DNA of 64,000 bases from a virus. This document shows positions 1 to 9,104 of this stretch, in pieces (the first letter of the stretch is position 1; each line of letters begins with the position of its first letter). The notes beneath the pieces were generated by a model. It worked only from the letters and a program-made list of their open reading frames with translations, was not told where the DNA came from and ran no database searches. A program made the position numbers and the translations under genes. The stretch is taken from positions 5,157 to 69,156 of IMG/VR virus record IMGVR_UViG_3300027798_000038, one strand, 5' to 3'.

Positions 1-311
1 ATAAAGGCGGCGACAAAAAAGATGGTAAGAAGGGTATGAGTGCTGCACAAGCAAAGTACTTTGGTAAAAAGAAAACAGTCAAAGAATCAGTTGAAGGTAA
101 ACTAACTTTTAAAGAAATGATCAAGCTCGTTCAAGAAAGCGGTGGTCAACAACAAATTGATCCAGTAGACACAGCATTGTTTACATGGGCCCAACGAGTT
201 GCTGCTGCCAAGTTTAACGAGTCAGCTAAAGCAGAAATATACGCCGGTTTAATTTATGAACGCAACGGTGGCATATTTGAAATGTACGACGTTCTAGCAG
301 AAACAAAGTAA
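1..311 (+). CDS. Hypothetical protein, 5'-truncated by the window edge (Lys/Glu-rich)
   Basis: The frame is open from the window start (KGGDKKDGKKG-MSAAQAKYF...) to TAA at 309-311 and is followed by a terminator. Confidence 0.7.
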   Translation, partial: KGGDKKDGKKGMSAAQAKYFGKKKTVKESVEGKLTFKEMIKLVQESGGQQQIDPVDTALFTWAQRVAAAKFNESAKAEIYAGLIYERNGGIFEMYDVLAETK

Positions 312-328
312 TTTACCGTTTGGTAAAC

Positions 329-360
329 AAAGCCAGTCATTAGGTTGACTGGCTTTTTTT
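329..360 (+). terminator. Rho-independent terminator
   Basis: AAAGCCAGTCA-ttaggt-TGACTGGCTTT inverted repeat running into a T7 tract, just after the stop codon at 311. Confidence 0.85.
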
Positions 361-373
361 ATGACTGTATAAT
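345..373 (+). promoter_or_regulatory. Sigma70-type (early) promoter overlapping the terminator
   Basis: TTGACT (345-350), 17 bp spacer, TATAAT (368-373); SD AGGAG at 383-387 downstream. Confidence 0.75.
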
Positions 374-395
374 AGTTAACATAGGAGATATTAAT

Positions 396-656
396 ATGGC
401 TAAAATGTATGGTCCGGAAGAAAAAGCAAAACTAGAACGTCTTATCAATGAAGGCGGTAATGTATTGCGTGAAATTGAAGATCTAAGTGAAGGTTTAAAA
501 GAAACTGTTAAGGCAGTAGCAGAAGAACTGCAAATTAAACCAAGCATTATTAATAAGGCAATTAAGATTGCACACAAAGACAATTGGAAATCACACGAAG
601 AAGAGTGGGACGAAATTGAAATGATTCTTGGTGTAACTAAACGTCTACCTGAATGA
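396..656 (+). CDS. T4 DsbA-like dsDNA-binding protein / transcriptional regulator
   Basis: ATG at 396 follows AGGAG; helical pattern (LKETVKAVAEELQIKPSIINKAIKIAHK) resembles the phage DsbA family. Confidence 0.6.
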   Translation: MAKMYGPEEKAKLERLINEGGNVLREIEDLSEGLKETVKAVAEELQIKPSIINKAIKIAHKDNWKSHEEEWDEIEMILGVTKRLPE

Positions 657-946
657 TTATTGATTTTTTTAAACCTACTGTAGATTGGATCAAAGATGAC
701 TATACTACTCATCCTTTTCGCTTTATTGTTGAGCTTCTTGCTTGGGCGATCTCTATCGGCTGCTCCATTACAATGGCCGTCACTGTACCCAACCCTCCAT
801 TACTTGCTCTTTACCCTGTGTGGATCGCTGGTTGTGCTATGTATGCTTGGGCTGCTTATACTAGGAAATCATTTGGCATGTTGGCTAACTACATCTTGCT
901 AACCGCAATTGATATGTTTGGCCTAATAAGAATGATAATTAATTAA
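653..946 (+). CDS. Small membrane protein (about 3 TM helices)
   Basis: Three hydrophobic stretches; ATGA overlap with the upstream gene. Confidence 0.7.
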   Translation: MIIDFFKPTVDWIKDDYTTHPFRFIVELLAWAISIGCSITMAVTVPNPPLLALYPVWIAGCAMYAWAAYTRKSFGMLANYILLTAIDMFGLIRMIIN

Positions 947-966
947 ATATATGTTAGATGGTAGGC

Positions 967-1017
967 CGGGCCATAAACCGCACAATTGGTATTTGCAAGC
1001 CCTAAATTGCATAGGAG
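967..1017 (+). promoter_or_regulatory. Tandem hairpins abutting the polymerase SD; candidate translational operator
   Basis: CGG-GCCATAAA-CCG (967-980) and TGCAA-GCCCTAAA-TTGCA (994-1011), then AGGAG at 1013-1017 and TTG start at 1024. Confidence 0.55.
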
Positions 1018-1023
1018 AAAAAT

Positions 1024-3693
1024 TTGAGTTATGTAGACGCTTTCTATAATAGAGAGCAGGATATCATCAATGTTGTTGAGCGCAATGATAAAGGCGAACG
1101 ACATTACAAAGAATATCCTGCTAGACATATTTTTTATTACCCAGACGCCAAGGGTAAATTCACAAACATTTTTGGACAACCTCTTTCACGAGTAAGTTCT
1201 AAAAACGTCAAAGAGCATCGCAAAGAACTTGCAATTCATTCAAGCAAGAAACTGTTTGAAAGCGACATTAATCCAATTTATCGTTGTCTAGAAGACAACT
1301 ATCTTAATCAAGATGCTCCAAAACTAAATGTAGCGTTCTTCGACATTGAGGTAGACTTTGATCCAGAACGTGGCTATGCATCACCAGAAGATGCATTCAT
1401 GCCTATTACTGCGATTGCTGTTTACCTACAATGGATGCAAACTATGATCTGTTTAGCTATTCCTCCCAAGACCCTAAGTATGGAAGAAGCTACTAAACAG
1501 GTAGCAGAATTTCCTAACACCATGCTGTTTGACAATGAAGCAGATATGTTAGACACGTTCTTAGATCTAATTCAAGATGCCGATGCATTATCAGGCTGGA
1601 ACAGTGAGGGCTTTGATATTCCATATACTGTCAACCGTGTTACTAAAGTCCTAAGTAAAGAGGACACACGTAGATTTTGTTTATGGAATCAATTCCCAAA
1701 GAAGAGAGAGTATGAGAAATATGGAAAGGCCGCTATTACTTATGATTTTATTGGTCGTGTTCATCTGGACAGTCTCGAGTTGTACCGCAAATACACATAT
1801 GAGGAAAGGCACACATACCGATTGGATGCCATTGGAGAGATGGAGATAGGCGAGAATAAGACTGTCTACGAAGGTACACTTGATCAGTTATATAACAACG
1901 ACTTCCGTAAATTTATCGAGTATAATAGGCAAGACTGTGCGCTTCTAGATAAGCTAGATAAAAAATTAAAATTTATTGATCTTGCAAATACTATTGCTCA
2001 CGAGAATACGGTGTTAATTCAAACCACAATGGGTGCTGTTGCAGTAACTGAGCAGGCTATTATTAATGAAAGTCATCGAAGAGGCATGGTTGTTCCTAAT
2101 CGTGTACAACGTGATCCTAATGAAAGCAATCAAGCTGCTGGTGCTTATGTTGCTTATCCCAAAAAAGGTATTCACGAGTGGATCGGTTCACTAGACATCA
2201 ACAGTCTGTATCCTTCAGCAATTCGTGCATTGAACATGGGTCCAGAAACTATTGTTGGACAATTACGTCAAGATGGTACCAAAGACTTTATTGCTGCCGA
2301 AATAGGCAAAGGTAAAAGTTTTGCATCTGCGTGGGAAGGCATGTTCGGTAGTGTCGAATACAGTTCTGTTATGAACAAAGAAGTCGGCCGTGACATTACT
2401 ATCGACTGGGAAGATGGCGGAAACGATACGCTATCTGCGGCACAGGCGCATGATTTGATATTTGAAAGCAATCAGCCATGGATGCTTAGTGCCAACGGTA
2501 CTATCTTTACCTACGATAAGGAAGGTATTATTCCTGGACTGTTAAAGCGTTGGTATGCTGAACGTAAAGAAATGCAGGCCAAATTAAAAGAATGTATAAA
2601 GGCGGGAAATAAAATTGAAGAAGAATATTGGGACAAGCGTCAACTTGTTAAAAAGATTTTGCTTAATAGTCTGTATGGTGCTATTCTTAATCCTGGCTGT
2701 CGTTTCTTTGATAACCGGATTGGTCAATCAACCACACTTACTGGACGAGCCATTGCTCGTCATATGGCTGGCAAAGTAAATGAAATTATTACAGGAACTA
2801 ACGATCACACAGGTAAAGCAATTATCTATGGTGATACCGATTCGTGTTATTTTTCAGCTTACACAACTTTAAAGAAAGAAATTGACAAAGGGTCAATTCC
2901 TTGGAGTCGAGAAAACGTTGTTGATCTTTACGATACTATAGGAGAAGAAGTAAATGGAACATTTCCCAAATTTATGCAAGACGCCTTCCACTGTCCAAAA
3001 ACACGAGGGGAGGTCATTAAAGCAGGTCGCGAGATTGTTGCTTCCAAAGGACTATTCATTACCAAGAAACGATACGCTGTTCTCTACTACGACAAAGAAG
3101 GCAAACGAGCAGACATTGAAGGCAAGCCAGGCAAGATCAAAGCTATGGGGCTGGACCTCAAGCGTTCAGATACCCCGGTTGTTATCCAAGATTTCTTAAG
3201 CGAAGTGTTGACTCAGGTATTGAACGGTGCTGAAAAAGAACAAGTACTGAATTACATTACTGACTTTAGAACCGAGTTTAAACTTAGACCGGGTTGGGAG
3301 AAAGGCTCGCCAAAACGTGCAAACAACATTTCTCAATATCGAGACAAAGAAAAGAAAGCCGGTAAGACCAACATGCCCGGGCATGTTCGAGCAAGTCTTA
3401 ACTGGAATACACTGAAACGTATGATGGATGACAAGTACTCAACGCAGATTGTTGATGGTGCTAAAGTTATTGTATGTAAACTCAAGGAGAATCCAATGGG
3501 GTATACCTCAGTGGCATATCCTGTAGACGAATTGCGATTACCGCAATGGTTTAAAGACCTACCGTTTGACGATGGCGAAATGGAAACTACAGTCATTGAT
3601 GAAAAGTTAGGAAATTTAATTGGTGTTCTAGAATGGGATATCAGTTCAACTCGAAGTGATAACAACTTCAACAAATTATTTGATTTTGAGTAA
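1024..3693 (+). CDS. Family B DNA polymerase with 3'-5' exonuclease (T4 gp43-like)
   Basis: ExoI FFDIE, ExoII GWNSEGFDIPY, ExoIII YNRQD; polymerase motifs LDINSLYPS, KILLNSLYG, YGDTDS, KKRYA. Confidence 0.97.
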   Translation: MSYVDAFYNREQDIINVVERNDKGERHYKEYPARHIFYYPDAKGKFTNIFGQPLSRVSSKNVKEHRKELAIHSSKKLFESDINPIYRCLEDNYLNQDAPKLNVAFFDIEVDFDPERGYASPEDAFMPITAIAVYLQWMQTMICLAIPPKTLSMEEATKQVAEFPNTMLFDNEADMLDTFLDLIQDADALSGWNSEGFDIPYTVNRVTKVLSKEDTRRFCLWNQFPKKREYEKYGKAAITYDFIGRVHLDSLELYRKYTYEERHTYRLDAIGEMEIGENKTVYEGTLDQLYNNDFRKFIEYNRQDCALLDKLDKKLKFIDLANTIAHENTVLIQTTMGAVAVTEQAIINESHRRGMVVPNRVQRDPNESNQAAGAYVAYPKKGIHEWIGSLDINSLYPSAIRALNMGPETIVGQLRQDGTKDFIAAEIGKGKSFASAWEGMFGSVEYSSVMNKEVGRDITIDWEDGGNDTLSAAQAHDLIFESNQPWMLSANGTIFTYDKEGIIPGLLKRWYAERKEMQAKLKECIKAGNKIEEEYWDKRQLVKKILLNSLYGAILNPGCRFFDNRIGQSTTLTGRAIARHMAGKVNEIITGTNDHTGKAIIYGDTDSCYFSAYTTLKKEIDKGSIPWSRENVVDLYDTIGEEVNGTFPKFMQDAFHCPKTRGEVIKAGREIVASKGLFITKKRYAVLYYDKEGKRADIEGKPGKIKAMGLDLKRSDTPVVIQDFLSEVLTQVLNGAEKEQVLNYITDFRTEFKLRPGWEKGSPKRANNISQYRDKEKKAGKTNMPGHVRASLNWNTLKRMMDDKYSTQIVDGAKVIVCKLKENPMGYTSVAYPVDELRLPQWFKDLPFDDGEMETTVIDEKLGNLIGVLEWDISSTRSDNNFNKLFDFE

Positions 3694-3700
3694 AATATAT

Positions 3701-3729
3701 TTGCTTTTTACCTACGATCTAAATATAAT
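3701..3729 (+). promoter_or_regulatory. Sigma70-type promoter with an embedded TAAATA late-type box
   Basis: TTGCTT (3701-3706), 17 bp spacer, TATAAT (3724-3729); CTAAATA overlaps the -10. Confidence 0.6.
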
Positions 3730-3753
3730 ATTAACATAACCGGAGAAATCTAA

Positions 3754-4491
3754 ATGAAAGACATTTTACAAGACATCGTAAGCCATACACAAAATCTTGG
3801 CTTTTTAACTACAGTTAAAATTACAGGTACTGACAAAGGTACAACTGTTAACTCAATGGCTGAGGATCGCTCAGTTATTATGGAAGCAGAAACTGCTAAT
3901 CCTTATCCAGACATGCTTGGTGTGTTTGGAATGCCACAATTGCAAAAATTAAAATATTTGCTTGATGGTAGCGAGTACAAAGACAATGCTAAAATTAGTA
4001 TTACTACAGCCGATCGCAACGGTGAAACATTGCCAGTTGGTTTACATTTTGAAAATAAAGATGGCGACTTTAAAAACGATTATCGTTTTATGTCAACAGA
4101 AATTATTAACGAAAAGATGAAAACTGTAAAGTTCCGTGGAGTTAAGTGGGACGTAGAAGTTGAGCCAACTGTTAATGCAGTACAACGCTTCAACTTCCAA
4201 GCAGGTGCTAACAACGAACATCCAACCTTCCTTGCTAAAACAGAAAGCGGCAACTTGAAGTTTATCTTTGGTGATGCCAGTACACACGGTGGTGAGTTTA
4301 TTTTTGCACAGAACGTTGCAGGTAAACTAGATCGTGGTTGGACTTGGCCTGTTGCACAAATCTTAAGTATCCTTAAGATTGCAGATGTCAACAACACCAA
4401 GATGTCTTTGTCAAATGAAGGTGCTATTCAGATCACTCTAGACAGCGGGTTGGCAACTTACAAATATATTATTCCAGCACAAGCAGCCTAA
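3754..4491 (+). CDS. Probable DNA polymerase sliding clamp (gp45/PCNA-like)
   Basis: 245 aa, directly after the polymerase; alternating beta/alpha pattern ending in ...ATYKYIIPA, like clamp C-terminal strands. Inferred from size, context and pattern. Confidence 0.6.
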   Translation: MKDILQDIVSHTQNLGFLTTVKITGTDKGTTVNSMAEDRSVIMEAETANPYPDMLGVFGMPQLQKLKYLLDGSEYKDNAKISITTADRNGETLPVGLHFENKDGDFKNDYRFMSTEIINEKMKTVKFRGVKWDVEVEPTVNAVQRFNFQAGANNEHPTFLAKTESGNLKFIFGDASTHGGEFIFAQNVAGKLDRGWTWPVAQILSILKIADVNNTKMSLSNEGAIQITLDSGLATYKYIIPAQAA

Positions 4492-4492
4492 T

Positions 4493-6103
4493 ATGAAAGC
4501 ACCAGTCAATTTAACTCCACTACAAAAAGACTATGCGGTATACTTACCTGCTATTAGTAGTTTTTATAGTACCTATGTTGCAAAACAACGACTAGAAGAG
4601 TTTGTATCTAACGATCGTATTCCTACAGGATTTGATCGAGGCATTGAAGGCATGAACTTCTTAAATGCAGATCAAGGATACTTTACCTACAAGTATGCTT
4701 TGTATTCTGCGGGTCACGCCCAACTAGATCTTGAAAAATCAATGACTCAAGAATCAATGATACAGGATCGCGATCGTCCTAACACAATGATCTTAGGTGA
4801 CTCTGGTGGATATCAGATTGGTAAAGGTGTTCTTAAGTTTGATTGGTTAAACTTTGAAGGTCCAGAAGCTAACAAGACTCGTAAAAAGATTCTTGAGTGG
4901 CTTGAACTTACTGCTGACTGGAGTATGATGCTAGATGTTCCAACATGGGCTTGCGATCATATTCACAGTCCCAAGACTGGACTAAAGACATTTGAAGACT
5001 GTTTAGAAAAGACACAGTTTAATAATGATTACTTCTTAAAAAATAGACTAGGTCAAACTAAATGGCTTAATGTATTACAAGGTGGTGACTGGGATACTGC
5101 TGAAAAATGGTATCGAGGTGTAGTAGAGTTTAGCGATCCCAAAGGTAAGTATGCCGGCATGGAGGCAGAAGGTTGGGCATTTGGTGGCGCTAATATGTGT
5201 AAAATGGATATCACACTCAAGCGTCTAATGACCATGCGTGATGAAGGCATGCTCACAGGCAAGAACTGGATTCACTTTTTAGGTACTGCACAATTGGATT
5301 GGTCGTGCTATCTCACACAGATCCAGCGTCAACTGCGTAAACACATCAATCCAGAACTCACAATCAGCTTTGACTGTGCGTCACCGTTCATTGCTACTGC
5401 TCACGGTCTTGTATACACAAACGCACAGCATACTAACAAGCGATGGAGTGTTATTATGGACAAGGCTCCGGATAACAAGGCACTTTCAGGACGTCAAGAC
5501 ATTCCGTTTCCTTTTGAAAGTGAGTTTGCAAGTCGTTTAACAATAGGCGATATTGCATATTACGATTACGGTGTTCGCAAGACCGATGCCGAACTTGGTG
5601 ATGTCAAGTTTAATCATTTAAATCCAGAACATTATCATCAAGTTCCAAAACTTAATAAACTAGGCAAGATTCCAAACAAGACTAGTTGGGATAGTTTCAG
5701 TTATGCTCTAATGATGGGACATAATGTAGAATGTCACATCAAAGCAGTACAACGTGCTCAACAGTTGATGGACATCGAATGTGCTAGATTTAAGCCAGAA
5801 TGGCGAACAAAAAGTGTTGAAGGTAAGAAAGAAATTGAATTTAGTGATTGGGTGCCAAACAAAATTCTATATTTTTCTACATTTGTTGAAGAACTATTCA
5901 ATACCAAAACTAAAGCAGAGGCATTCGACATGATCGAAACTGCTGGACCGTTTTTGAAATCATTAGAAGGTGCTCGACTACAAGGTGGCCCTGCTGCAAA
6001 TACTTTTGGTAGTTTGTTTGATTTTGAAGATGGTAAAAAGTCAGGAGAAATTGATTTTGCCAATCCCGACGATGATGACCTAAATAGTCTTGTAGCCGAA
6101 TAA
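4493..6103 (+). CDS. dpdA: DpdA-like 7-deazaguanine DNA transglycosylase (TGT fold)
   Basis: TGT-family motifs ILGDSGGYQ, MMLDVP, VLQGG, IHFLG, SFDCASP and late GHN; clustered with folE and queE. Confidence 0.8.
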   Translation: MKAPVNLTPLQKDYAVYLPAISSFYSTYVAKQRLEEFVSNDRIPTGFDRGIEGMNFLNADQGYFTYKYALYSAGHAQLDLEKSMTQESMIQDRDRPNTMILGDSGGYQIGKGVLKFDWLNFEGPEANKTRKKILEWLELTADWSMMLDVPTWACDHIHSPKTGLKTFEDCLEKTQFNNDYFLKNRLGQTKWLNVLQGGDWDTAEKWYRGVVEFSDPKGKYAGMEAEGWAFGGANMCKMDITLKRLMTMRDEGMLTGKNWIHFLGTAQLDWSCYLTQIQRQLRKHINPELTISFDCASPFIATAHGLVYTNAQHTNKRWSVIMDKAPDNKALSGRQDIPFPFESEFASRLTIGDIAYYDYGVRKTDAELGDVKFNHLNPEHYHQVPKLNKLGKIPNKTSWDSFSYALMMGHNVECHIKAVQRAQQLMDIECARFKPEWRTKSVEGKKEIEFSDWVPNKILYFSTFVEELFNTKTKAEAFDMIETAGPFLKSLEGARLQGGPAANTFGSLFDFEDGKKSGEIDFANPDDDDLNSLVAE

Positions 6104-6113
6104 GGAGAATAAT

Positions 6114-6326
6114 ATGTACGAACAAAGAATTAAACACTTAGAGGAAGCACACCGTGCTCTAGATAAACAAGTTGATACTTTGGAAAAAACAGGATTGTTT
6201 GAAGACTTAAAATTGGAGCAATTGAAAAAAGAAAGGTTGCTCTTAAGAGATAAACTTGCTATACTAAAGCATAAGCAAGATAATTTTGAAACTAACCAAC
6301 TCCTTAAACAAGGCTTCGAAGAGTGA
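6114..6326 (+). CDS. DUF465/YdcH-like coiled-coil protein
   Basis: Pattern LEEAHRALDKQV...LKKERLLLRDKL; strong SD TAAGGAG. Confidence 0.65.
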   Translation: MYEQRIKHLEEAHRALDKQVDTLEKTGLFEDLKLEQLKKERLLLRDKLAILKHKQDNFETNQLLKQGFEE

Positions 6327-6484
6327 AACAAAAATGTGCCATCTGTTACAAACCGGTTGCTAGTAATTGTGACTGGCGCCAAGGAAGATGTCCCCATCTT
6401 CCGTCAATGGCAGATCAAATTATCAATAATCCGTACAAAAGTAGATTTTACAACCTCCTTAAATTCTTTAAAGTAAAACAATGA
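6323..6484 (+). CDS. Small Cys/His-rich protein (53 aa), not in the ORF track
   Basis: GTG start overlaps the upstream stop (GTGA) and its stop overlaps the next ATG (ATGA); MKQKCAICYKPVASNCDWRQGRCPHLPSMADQIINNPYKSRFYNLLKFFKVKQ. Confidence 0.7.
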   Translation: MKQKCAICYKPVASNCDWRQGRCPHLPSMADQIINNPYKSRFYNLLKFFKVKQ

Positions 6485-7014
6485 AACGCAATTATACTGA
6501 CGGTGTTGCAGACAGCATTACATTCTTCACAGGTGTAGAAATTGAAAAGACTCCTGCATACGGAATGAAAACTCTGTTTGTAACAGATGTTCAAGATTCC
6601 TACATTATTATGGAACTTGCTCGAGAACATAAATGTCAACACATTTACTTTGGTGCTAATCAAAGTTTTCCTAAACTAGAAGTCAACGATGCGGCACAAT
6701 GGCGCCTGTGGGAAGATATGATCTATGTCTGTCTAGATAGTGGTGATGATTTTTGGTGTACATTAGATCTCGATGTAGCACAAGTAGAAGGACTATTAGA
6801 AAGTGGTCTCGTTGAGAAGCGTCAGTTCATTCCACAGATTTCGGTTAAACTGCCCTATTTACAACAGCTGGGGTATAATGCTACAATAAAGATCGACGAC
6901 AAAGATTTTAAAGCAACAAATCCAGGAGTATGGTGTCATAATCTCCACGACCTTCTTGGTAGAGATAAGTTTACCAGTTGGGATCAATATGGCAAAGACG
7001 AGATTATAAGATGA
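6481..7014 (+). CDS. Hypothetical protein within the deazaguanine cluster
   Basis: 177-aa ORF with overlaps on both sides; no family recognised. Confidence 0.75.
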   Translation: MKRNYTDGVADSITFFTGVEIEKTPAYGMKTLFVTDVQDSYIIMELAREHKCQHIYFGANQSFPKLEVNDAAQWRLWEDMIYVCLDSGDDFWCTLDLDVAQVEGLLESGLVEKRQFIPQISVKLPYLQQLGYNATIKIDDKDFKATNPGVWCHNLHDLLGRDKFTSWDQYGKDEIIR

Positions 7015-7394
7015 GTGGTGGATATTCAACATCATTGAATACAGTTCGCCCTAAAAGACTGCCAAGAATTACTAGTAGTAAACAAGTAACCCGTACAAGC
7101 CTATATCTAAAAGAAAGACATATGAAATTAACATTAAAAGAAAGAATTCGAAACTGGCTAGGGCTAGATCCAGACGAGTATGGAGATTCAATTTCTATCA
7201 ATAGAGAAGGTCCAAATATTCAATCAAACGGCTTCCGTCTAAATATCTATAGTGCCAGCGGCGGAACTATTGTAGAGACAACTAAGTATGATCGTAAAAA
7301 CGATGAAGATAGAAACAGTTTGCATGTGATTACCGAAGACAAAGACTTAGGCCAAGAGCTAGCAAAAATTATTACAATAGAAAGCTTACGATGA
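7011..7394 (+). CDS. Hypothetical protein
   Basis: ATGA overlap at 7011 is the likely start; in frame with the tracked ORF 6978..7394. Confidence 0.7.
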   Translation: MSGGYSTSLNTVRPKRLPRITSSKQVTRTSLYLKERHMKLTLKERIRNWLGLDPDEYGDSISINREGPNIQSNGFRLNIYSASGGTIVETTKYDRKNDEDRNSLHVITEDKDLGQELAKIITIESLR

Positions 7395-7780
7395 TTATTA
7401 GACAAGACACTCGTCCAAACAAGATGATTTGGGTTACCTTTAACAAAGAAGGTATACACAAATATCCAGCCGCACTTACAGATCCAGCACTTGCTACAGG
7501 TGATGAGTATGATGTGAGTTTTCTAGGCTATCCGCATCGTCACACATTCCACTTCAAAGTGTGGATCAGTGTTACCCACGATGATCGCGATATTGAGTTC
7601 ATTCAGTTTAAACGCTGGTTGGAGAAACTGTACGCAGAAGGTACACTCCAACTAGACTACAAGAGTTGCGAGATGATGTCAGGCGATTTGTTTGACACTA
7701 TTTCAGCAAAGTATCCAGGTCGTGAGATTTGGATTGAGGTCTCCGAAGACGGAGAAAATGGTTCATTTATTAAGTACTAA
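7391..7780 (+). CDS. QueD/PTPS-like T-fold protein, DpdL type (LxxxHRHxF)
   Basis: EGIH...LGYPHRHTF...SCEMM...EVSED: three His plus T-fold Glu residues, but lacking the QueD CxxxHGH cysteine. Confidence 0.7.
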   Translation: MIIRQDTRPNKMIWVTFNKEGIHKYPAALTDPALATGDEYDVSFLGYPHRHTFHFKVWISVTHDDRDIEFIQFKRWLEKLYAEGTLQLDYKSCEMMSGDLFDTISAKYPGREIWIEVSEDGENGSFIKY

Positions 7781-7795
7781 AATAAGGAAGCTATA

Positions 7796-8050
7796 ATGGC
7801 TCGTAATTACAAGGATTATTCCTACTTTGAAAATCGCCCCGACGTTGTTCGGATCTTTGATGACTTGGATGCGTATCTTCACTTCTGTCGAATTGAATTG
7901 CGTGACTTCAACCCGGCTGATTTATATCGTAGAGAATCAGTCAACTACTCTGCTTACCTAGCCAGTAAGCGTCCACGCCGTCCTTATCAAGGAAGCAAGC
8001 CTCGGTGGGAAAACAACGGTCGTCGCAATGAGCAGAATTTTTCTCGTTGA
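7796..8050 (+). CDS. Hypothetical protein with a basic C-terminus
   Basis: SD AAGGA; 84-aa ORF filling the gap. Confidence 0.7.
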   Translation: MARNYKDYSYFENRPDVVRIFDDLDAYLHFCRIELRDFNPADLYRRESVNYSAYLASKRPRRPYQGSKPRWENNGRRNEQNFSR

Positions 8051-9104
8051 TTTAGAAGCAGTCGAAACAAGGTACACGGGACAATGGAAGTCTCATGTGC
8101 CTAACCTCTTACGAAAGGCAGGACACCATGTCAACATTATATCAGGTTCTACGGATATTCCTAGTGCTACCACTCCTGGAGCATTTCTCAACTTTGGTGG
8201 CACTAATATCTACAAGGCTAGTCAAGTTGAGCAGATGGGCCGTTTATTTTGTAGCGGAGCCGTTCATCCCGGCGATCACTTTATCTTTACTGATGCTTGG
8301 CATCCTGGTATCATAAACTTAAAGTATATGAGTGCATTACTTAATATTCCTATTAAGATTCATGCACTATGGCATGCGGGGTCGTATGATCCACAAGACT
8401 TTTTAGGTCGATTAATCGGTGATGCAAAGTGGGTAAGGCATGCTGAAGAAAGTTTCTTTCATGCTATTGACCATAATTATTTTGCCACTGATTTCCATAT
8501 CGATTTGTTTGCTGAAACATTTAGTGAAACAGCAGATGACGAGTGGAAGATGTCAATGCTGGAAGAAAACAAGATTATTCGTACAGGCTGGCCCATGGAG
8601 TATATGAAAGATACCTTAGACATGTACAAGCGTATGCCTAAGCGTGATCTTATCCTGTTTCCGCATCGTATTGCCCCAGAGAAACAGGTTGAAATATTCC
8701 GTGACTTAAAAGAACATTTACCGCAATATGAATTTGTTATATGTCAAGAACAACAGTTGTCTAAGAACGAGTATCATAACTTGTTAGGTGAAGCCAAACT
8801 TGTGTTTAGTGCTAACTTGCAAGAAACACTAGGCATCAGTTGGTACGAAGGTGCTATTGTAGATGCTATTCCAATGGTTCCTGATAGACTGAGCTACAGT
8901 GAAATGGCATTAGATGTGTTTAAGTATCCTAGCAAATGGACTGAGAGCTATGATGCATATACTGTATATCGGCCAGACTTATGCCGTGCAATTATATTGC
9001 ATATGGATAATTATTCTACCAGACTGTCTAGCCTAAATAAACAAGTAGACATACTAAAAGAAAACTTTTTTAGTTGCAATAAACTATTAGAGATGTTAAA
9101 ATAA
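8028..9104 (+). CDS. GT-B fold glycosyltransferase (GT4-like)
   Basis: FPHRIAPEKQ and ETLGISWYE (E-x7-E) nucleotide-sugar-binding motifs. Confidence 0.8.
   Translation: MSRIFLVDLEAVETRYTGQWKSHVPNLLRKAGHHVNIISGSTDIPSATTPGAFLNFGGTNIYKASQVEQMGRLFCSGAVHPGDHFIFTDAWHPGIINLKYMSALLNIPIKIHALWHAGSYDPQDFLGRLIGDAKWVRHAEESFFHAIDHNYFATDFHIDLFAETFSETADDEWKMSMLEENKIIRTGWPMEYMKDTLDMYKRMPKRDLILFPHRIAPEKQVEIFRDLKEHLPQYEFVICQEQQLSKNEYHNLLGEAKLVFSANLQETLGISWYEGAIVDAIPMVPDRLSYSEMALDVFKYPSKWTESYDAYTVYRPDLCRAIILHMDNYSTRLSSLNKQVDILKENFFSCNKLLEMLK
9074..9102 (+). promoter_or_regulatory. Sigma70-type promoter for folE
   Basis: TTGCAA (9074-9079), 17 bp spacer, TAAAAT (9097-9102) with an extended TG. Confidence 0.55.

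Noticed and set aside
1024-3693. Intron, intein or split in the DNA polymerase
   Set aside because: Continuous 889-aa ORF with normal motif spacing
4493-6103. Canonical tRNA-guanine transglycosylase (tgt)
   Set aside because: It lacks the CxCxxC zinc motif of bacterial TGT and sits beside the polymerase and clamp; a DNA-acting DpdA is more plausible, though not proven
7391-7780. Canonical QueD
   Set aside because: The catalytic CxxxHGH is replaced by LxxxHRH, so the queD symbol was not assigned
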